Assembly: GCA_964016885.1 (NCBI GenBank)
Contig: OZ024741.1
Location: forward strand, 185,132,001-185,196,000
Origin: Eledone cirrhosa
Lineage: Eukaryota
Length of the DNA: 64,000 bases
Reading direction: 5' to 3'
The notes beneath the pieces are model-generated. The model was not told the origin of the DNA, made no database searches, and worked only from the letters and a program-made list of their open reading frames with translations. Every line of letters starts with the position of its first letter. The first letter of the stretch is position 1. The translations under genes and the position numbers were made by a program. Positions 57,935 through 64,000 of the stretch are shown one piece after another.

Positions 57935-58015
57935 AGAATTGAGGTTGTGAGTTCGATTCCCGGACCAGGTGATACGTTATGTCCTTGAGCAAGACACGTT
58001 ATTTCACGTTGCTCT
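57935..58015 (+). mobile_element. Fragment of a second tRNA-SINE family
   Basis: B-box gagttcgattccc followed by tgtccttgagcaagacac.ttatttcacgttgctc. Confidence 0.6.
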
Positions 58016-58119
58016 TCTACCTGGAGACCTGGAGTTGCGACCGATAGATAGCATTAGCAACTGGAAAGACCAATGGAAACAATGTTTCCTCGGTCTGATT
58101 TGACGAAAATCGATCGTTC

Positions 58120-58162
<43 letters not shown>

Positions 58163-58787
58163 CTGTGATAATTATTGCTATTTCGCTGAACTCCTTTGTA
58201 GAGTTTTTTTCAGAATGTATTTGACTGCTATTTCTTGTAAATAAACATTCACTTCCATCCTGACGTCACTAGCCCCGTTTTTTCCTCATGTGCTTTTTCA
58301 TAAATACACATGAAGGCGAACTAGCCAGTTTTAGAATTCCCTTTTTCGGACTATATTACTGTGAGAGCCCTGGTTTTCTATTGAGCTCTGCTGATGAATG
58401 ATATTCCAACCGTGACCATCTCCACTGAAAGTTTTCATGAAATAGTCTTTTAAGACTATACAGAGCATTTGATGTTATTCCAAATTGAAGGATAAGTGTT
58501 TCAAACTTTGTTTTATCATGAGTTAAAGGTCTATAGATTTTTCCCTGGATTTTACTAAATTCTGTGGATGAATTTGTATCCTGATTCTCTTTTGAGATGA
58601 GTTTGAGTTATTTTTCCTAAATCTTTCGTTAACTACTTTTCCCATCTTGACGTTATAGTCGCATATATGTTATAGAATGCCGTTAGCTTCTTGCTAAAAC
58701 AATCTCTATACCTCTCATTTATATATATATATATATATAATAAAATAACAGGAGGCTGGACTGGTGTACTTCCTTAAAAGGTTTTTT

Positions 58788-58845
58788 ATACTATGATCAT
58801 TTCAGTGACGGTTTCAAGTATGAATCCGGTGACATCCTCAGGTAT
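58788..58845 (-). ncRNA. Type I hammerhead ribozyme motif (family B)
   Basis: Minus: atac CTGAGGA tgtcaccgg..ccgtcact GAAA tgatca TA gtat; unit 58740-58920 homologous to 7010-7185. Confidence 0.6.
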
Positions 58846-60351
58846 TCAAAATATAACAAAGGAATATAATAGACAAAATCCATGGGGCTGAAAAGAAAAT
58901 CAGAGACATGAGGGCGGCCGAACATTTAGCAACTTCTAGCCCGGTCGGTGTGTGTGTGTGTGTATGTTTGTTTGTGTGTTTGCGTCTTTCTGTGTATATA
59001 TGTGTGTGTGTGTGCACGCGCGCCTGTGTTTGTTTGTATGTATGTGTGTGTATTATTCAATCTAACTATATATCTGTTTGTCTATTAATCTCTCTATGTA
59101 TCTCTAGTTACAAGGCTCATTATCCTATTTGTTTCTCATTATTTTACAATTGTTTTTACTTATTCGCTCCTTTTTTTACACTTTCCTCTTCTCTACCACA
59201 CTTCTACTCCACTTACATTCGTATCCTTTCTCCTCATCCTCCTTGGACACTCACTCTTTACAGTCTCTCTTTCGTTCTATACCTTTTCCATCTTCTCCCT
59301 CCTCTCATTTGTCCTTTTTTTTCTTTTACCATCTCTATTGTATTTTTTCTTATCTTGTGATGATAAGAGATTTGGGCAGAAAGGGAAATGCACGCACGCA
59401 GACACATACAAACACTCTCACGCACACACATATTCTTCTTCTTCTTCTTCTTCTTCTTCTTCTTCTTCTTCTTCTTCTTCTTCTTCTTCTTCTTCTTCTT
59501 CTTCTTCTTCTTCTTCTTCTTCTTCTTCTTCTTCTTCTTCTATATACATTTATATAAATATGTATGTATACACACACACACACAGACTCTCTCACACACA
59601 CATGCAAATAAAGATACTCACACTTAAACATACACATTTATACAGTCATACACACACATGCATATACAGCATGTTCACAATAAAAAAATCAAAGAAAAGA
59701 GATAAGCCTTTGTATCAGCTTTGTTATATGACTTGTACATTGATATTTAGTTAACTATGTATATGAGATCGTCATACACACGCACTCACACACATGCACA
59801 CAGACACACACACACACACACACACATGCGCGTACACACACACATGCATGTACAAATATATTTATATATATATATATACGCACACACATAGATATATGGG
59901 GTTATCCTTCTAAGTGATGAGTCAAATTCTCAGAAATAACAGCCAAATCCTCCACAAATTACACGCTAATCAATCGAAAGAGAAGGTCATATGAGCAAAA
60001 TATAAATCCCATTGTATTATGGTCGAGAAAAGGAAAGGGTGGGTATGGGTAGAAAGATATTTCGCGTGTATCCTCTTAATTAGAGATGGCCTTGGACTAA
60101 ATAACAACAATCGCATCAACTATTATATATTGTTGCATATTAAAAACAGTGAGTTGCTCCGATACGAAACCTTGTAGTCGTAACGACTTTGTTAATTTAA
60201 ATCTTTATAATATAGATCGTTGTCAAAATTTGCAGACTTAAATTCGTAACGTGATAAAAACATAGTGTTGTTTTATACTCTTCTTAGAATGTTTTTCTAA
60301 GACAGTTTTATTTAGTGCATGACGTAAACAGTTAAAGGTATGTTAAACACA

Positions 60352-60742
60352 TAATTGTTTCTACCTTTGGCACAAGGCCAGCAATTACCCAGTGTATTAC
60401 TGGTACTTTACTTACTGGTAGGTTAGACACATAATGTCGTCTGCAATAAAGATCGGATAGATATAAATGGAGCGTCTTTGATCATAGTTCTGTTGGATCG
60501 GTGTTGACATTATTACGGATTAGAGAATGGGGTCGATAAAATAAAGTACCAGTAATGCACTGGGTAATTGCTGGCCTTGTGCCTAAAGTAGAAACAATTA
60601 TTACGGATTAGATAATGGAGTTGGAATGACATTAGAGCATTGTAAAATGCTTAGCAGTAATTGACTCAGTGGATTTGCTCAGACTTCATATCCTGTCGCA
60701 GTCAACTTTACCTTTCATCATTCCGAGGTCGATAAAATAAAG
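60352..60742. mobile_element. Truncated tRNA-SINE fragments
   Basis: 60352-60410 (-); 60529-60598 (+) with TSD attattacggattaga at 60509 and 60597; core fragment ~60700-60742. Confidence 0.75.
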
Positions 60743-61308
60743 AGTCAGTCAATTACTTGATTCATTATCATTGAGTTTCCCTTCCTCAAAAGTTTTGATA
60801 GCCATGTGCTAAAAGTAAAAATTATTATTATGACTAGCAGAAAACCACCCTTAGGGTGGTTTTCTGCTGGCATGTGTAGTGTGTATATTGATATTATACG
60901 CAAGTATATATATATGTAGATATGATACATCAAATAAAATCGTAATTGACAATATACACAGAAATTGAACGAAGACGTTGTTACACTGTCTTATGTAATC
61001 AGTAACGTAATCCATGATACATTAAAAAAAAGACGATATTATATATAAACTGCATTAGGAGAAAATTAGAGACAGAAAATTAGTATTTTTATTTAAGTGA
61101 TCGCCAGCGGAAGTGTTGACATCACACACTCTCTCTTTCTATATATATGGTAGTTGAAGTGGTGGTGGTAGTGGTGGCAACGATATACCGGAAGTGCAAC
61201 TTTGAACAGAAGTCAATTTTAAATTATTTATTTTTACGAAATTATTTTTGTTTAGAGAAATTTAGTAGATAAATTATGTAATATTCATTCATTATTTATT
61301 CAAAATAA

Positions 61309-61698
61309 CGGTGGATTGGCAGTATCGGTAGAGGGTCGGACGCCATGCTTTCCAGCATAGTTACGTCCCTTTACGATCTGAGTTCAAATCCCGCCGAGGT
61401 TGACTTTGCCTTTCATCCTTACGGGGTCGATAAAATAAAGTACCAGTAATGCACTGGGTAATTGCTGGCCTTGTGCCTAAAGTAGAAACAATTATTTATT
61501 CAAAATAAGGGCGGTGGATTGGCAGTATCAGTAGAGGGTCGGACGCCATGCTTTCCAGCATAGTTACGTCCTTTTACGATCTGAGTTCAAATCCCGCCGA
61601 GGTTGACTTTGCCTTTCATCCTTACGGGGTCGATAAAATAAAGTACCAGTAATGTACTGGGTAATTGCTGGCCTTGTGCCTAAAGTAGAAACAATTAT
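61309..61698 (+). mobile_element. Two tandem near-identical tRNA-SINEs
   Basis: attatttattcaaa occurs before, between and after the copies (61291, 61491, ~61694). Confidence 0.9.
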
Positions 61699-62716
61699 TT
61701 ATTCAAAGTAATCCAACTTATTTTACTAACGGGATAAAAAATAAATAAACCGTACGCAGTCCCGCAGACCTTCCTTTATTATAGTTTAGATTTAGATAAA
61801 TATAGTGCTTGTCTAGGGCCATGGATCTGCAAAATGATATAACTTTGGACGGGCTGTAATGCTGTATTTGTTCCAGCTCTTTGAGTTCAAATCTTACTGT
61901 AGCCTGTTTAGACAGTAGGCTAAGTTTGTCGCCCAGTTTAACACCCCCACATGACATTTAAGTGTCTTTAGCGTAGTTAGTTACTTTATTGGAAACATTT
62001 GGTCTAGGTGTCTAGTTTTAGGAAGCCACCTTCCTCCCTTCCACCAGTTTCGTAGTCGATGCAGCATGGTCACTGTCCTTCCTTCACTGATAAAAGCAGT
62101 AACAAAAATATAAACTTACTATAAAACAATCTTTCAACAATTTTGTATAATAACTTGACCTTCACACGAACCCACAATGTTTCACGTCACCATTCACTCT
62201 TCAGTTTTAACTTACCTACCTACCTTCCTACCTACCTATAGACCTACTTCTGCATTACCATCCAGACAACCAACCAACCAACCGGCAGCACTGTCACGCA
62301 CCTTTTCTACTTCACAACCCAAACATTTCAATTTGCTTCACTAACAAAGCAATCTGACTCTACTCCATTCTTTCTGTGCTTATCTCTTAAACGATCAACT
62401 AACCGTACCCGTACCCAGCGCCGACTAGAGATACTTTATCACACCGACCTTCCCTTTTCCACCTGGTCTCCTTTAACCTTGAGTTCCTCATAGACCCCAC
62501 CCCGTTCTTCTCGACGTTCCTTTCCTTAAGAAGTTCTGATCTTTCCACTTCCCATCCCCGTTCCATCTACATCTGGTTGAACATATTTGAAACTCTTAAC
62601 TTGCCAATGACCTACCTCCCTACATATCCACCTACCTAAATACATACATTCATACATACATACTTACATACATACATACATATATACATACACAGAAACA
62701 TACATACGTACATACA

Positions 62717-62747
<31 letters not shown>

Positions 62748-63163
62748 CATACATACATACATACATACATACATAGAAACATACTTTCATACGTACATAC
62801 ATAATACAATACATACATACAAACATAGAAACAACATTCATACATGCACACACACACATGCATACATAAGTACATAAATACATACATGCATTCAAATAAA
62901 CATTCATGCATACATACGCACGCACATAATACAGATACAAACATACATATTATCTTAAAAGTATACACACTTATAACTATTTCTTGTGAACTTCCTTCCT
63001 GCCAAAATGCATACACACGTTAACCTGGACACGTATATGCTGAACTATCAACCAGCTTACAAAATACTTACTTGAATACTACATAGATATATCCACACTG
63101 AGTCATTTATCTTCAAAACAATCTACCTATTTTTCTTCCTACAAACATACATAGATACAAGAT

Positions 63164-63693
63164 GGCTGCCCCCTCCTTTTCGAGTATGGTCATGGCACGT
63201 TATACCATTATCAATAATTATTAATTAATGCTACCATGCAATGCCTGTGCATGAAGATATTTTTTAAAGTGAGGAAAGACTGTGCACTGAGCCAATCCCA
63301 CTCTGAGCGACAGTAGCTATAACCCGAAAAGAAGGAAAAGTTCAACATCGTCGGTAACTACTGAGCCGCAGGTTTTATATCGGAGTTATCCCAGTTTCCT
63401 GAGTTGCCTTCTCCTAGAAGAATGCCCTGACAAAGGCTAGGGGTCCTTCACTCCCAGTGGTTTAACCGTGCGCTACATGTGTATATACATATTTACACAC
63501 TTTTGGATGGCCGTTGACTCTTATGAGTTCTTCCGCCCTTTGTCAGGTTTTGTTTTTTGTCCTGCAGGGTGTCCAAATCACCCTCCCCACCAAGTAAACT
63601 TGGTGGGGTTTCCGGTTTAGTTGCCGACAACCCAACCATGCGACAGGTTTTACTAGGTTACATGTTACCAGTAGCACTCAAGAGTGATCCGAC
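63164..63693 (-). mobile_element. Dispersed non-coding repeat, copy 4
   Basis: Reverse complement colinear with 15299-15895. Confidence 0.78.
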
Positions 63694-64000
63694 ATGCATA
63701 CAAACTTACGTATACACATACACACATATATAGATACATACAAACATCCATAAACATACATATATATACAAACATACATAGACACACATACATATATACA
63801 TACATCATACATACAAACATACATACATGCATACATACATACATACATACATACATACATACATACATACATACATACATACATACATACATACATACAT
63901 ACATACATACATACATACAGCGTTGTTATATTATATTACATTCATAAAGAAATATACTAAGTAACGGTTCTTTTTGTTATCGATTCAAACGATTCAAGAA

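Overview
Eukaryotic, AT-rich, repeat-dominated DNA in which I recognise no host protein-coding gene. Most ORF-track entries are translated (TA)n, (CA)n, (TATG)n or triplet microsatellites. The SINE repertoire and microsatellite load suggest a cephalopod (Octopus-like) genome; this is inference. The window holds decayed retroelements of five kinds: a Neptune-like Penelope-like element (PLE; 11.6-13.7 kb, +), a Hydra-clade-like PLE (53.6-56.0 kb, -), a CR1-group LINE (8.0-10.0 kb, -), an R4/Dong-like RLE fragment (16.7-17.4 kb, +) and a Tx1-like LINE (32.9-36.2 kb, -). It also holds a non-autonomous Helitron, many tRNA-SINE copies, a 5S-rRNA-derived SINE whose tail matches the CR1 LINE in this window, a 4-copy ~600-bp non-coding dispersed repeat and two tandem repeats. 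The most striking signal is a dense population of short ORF-less elements inserted in (TA)n tracts. I count 18 complete type I hammerhead ribozyme (HHR) motifs plus several half motifs, from at least 8 sequence families. They are often arranged as fold-back pairs with two outward-facing ribozymes. One pair has a compensatory U3-A8 core. Several unrelated families share the layout HHR - AATAAA - YGAGTRCT - terminus. All structures were folded by eye; no activity is demonstrated.
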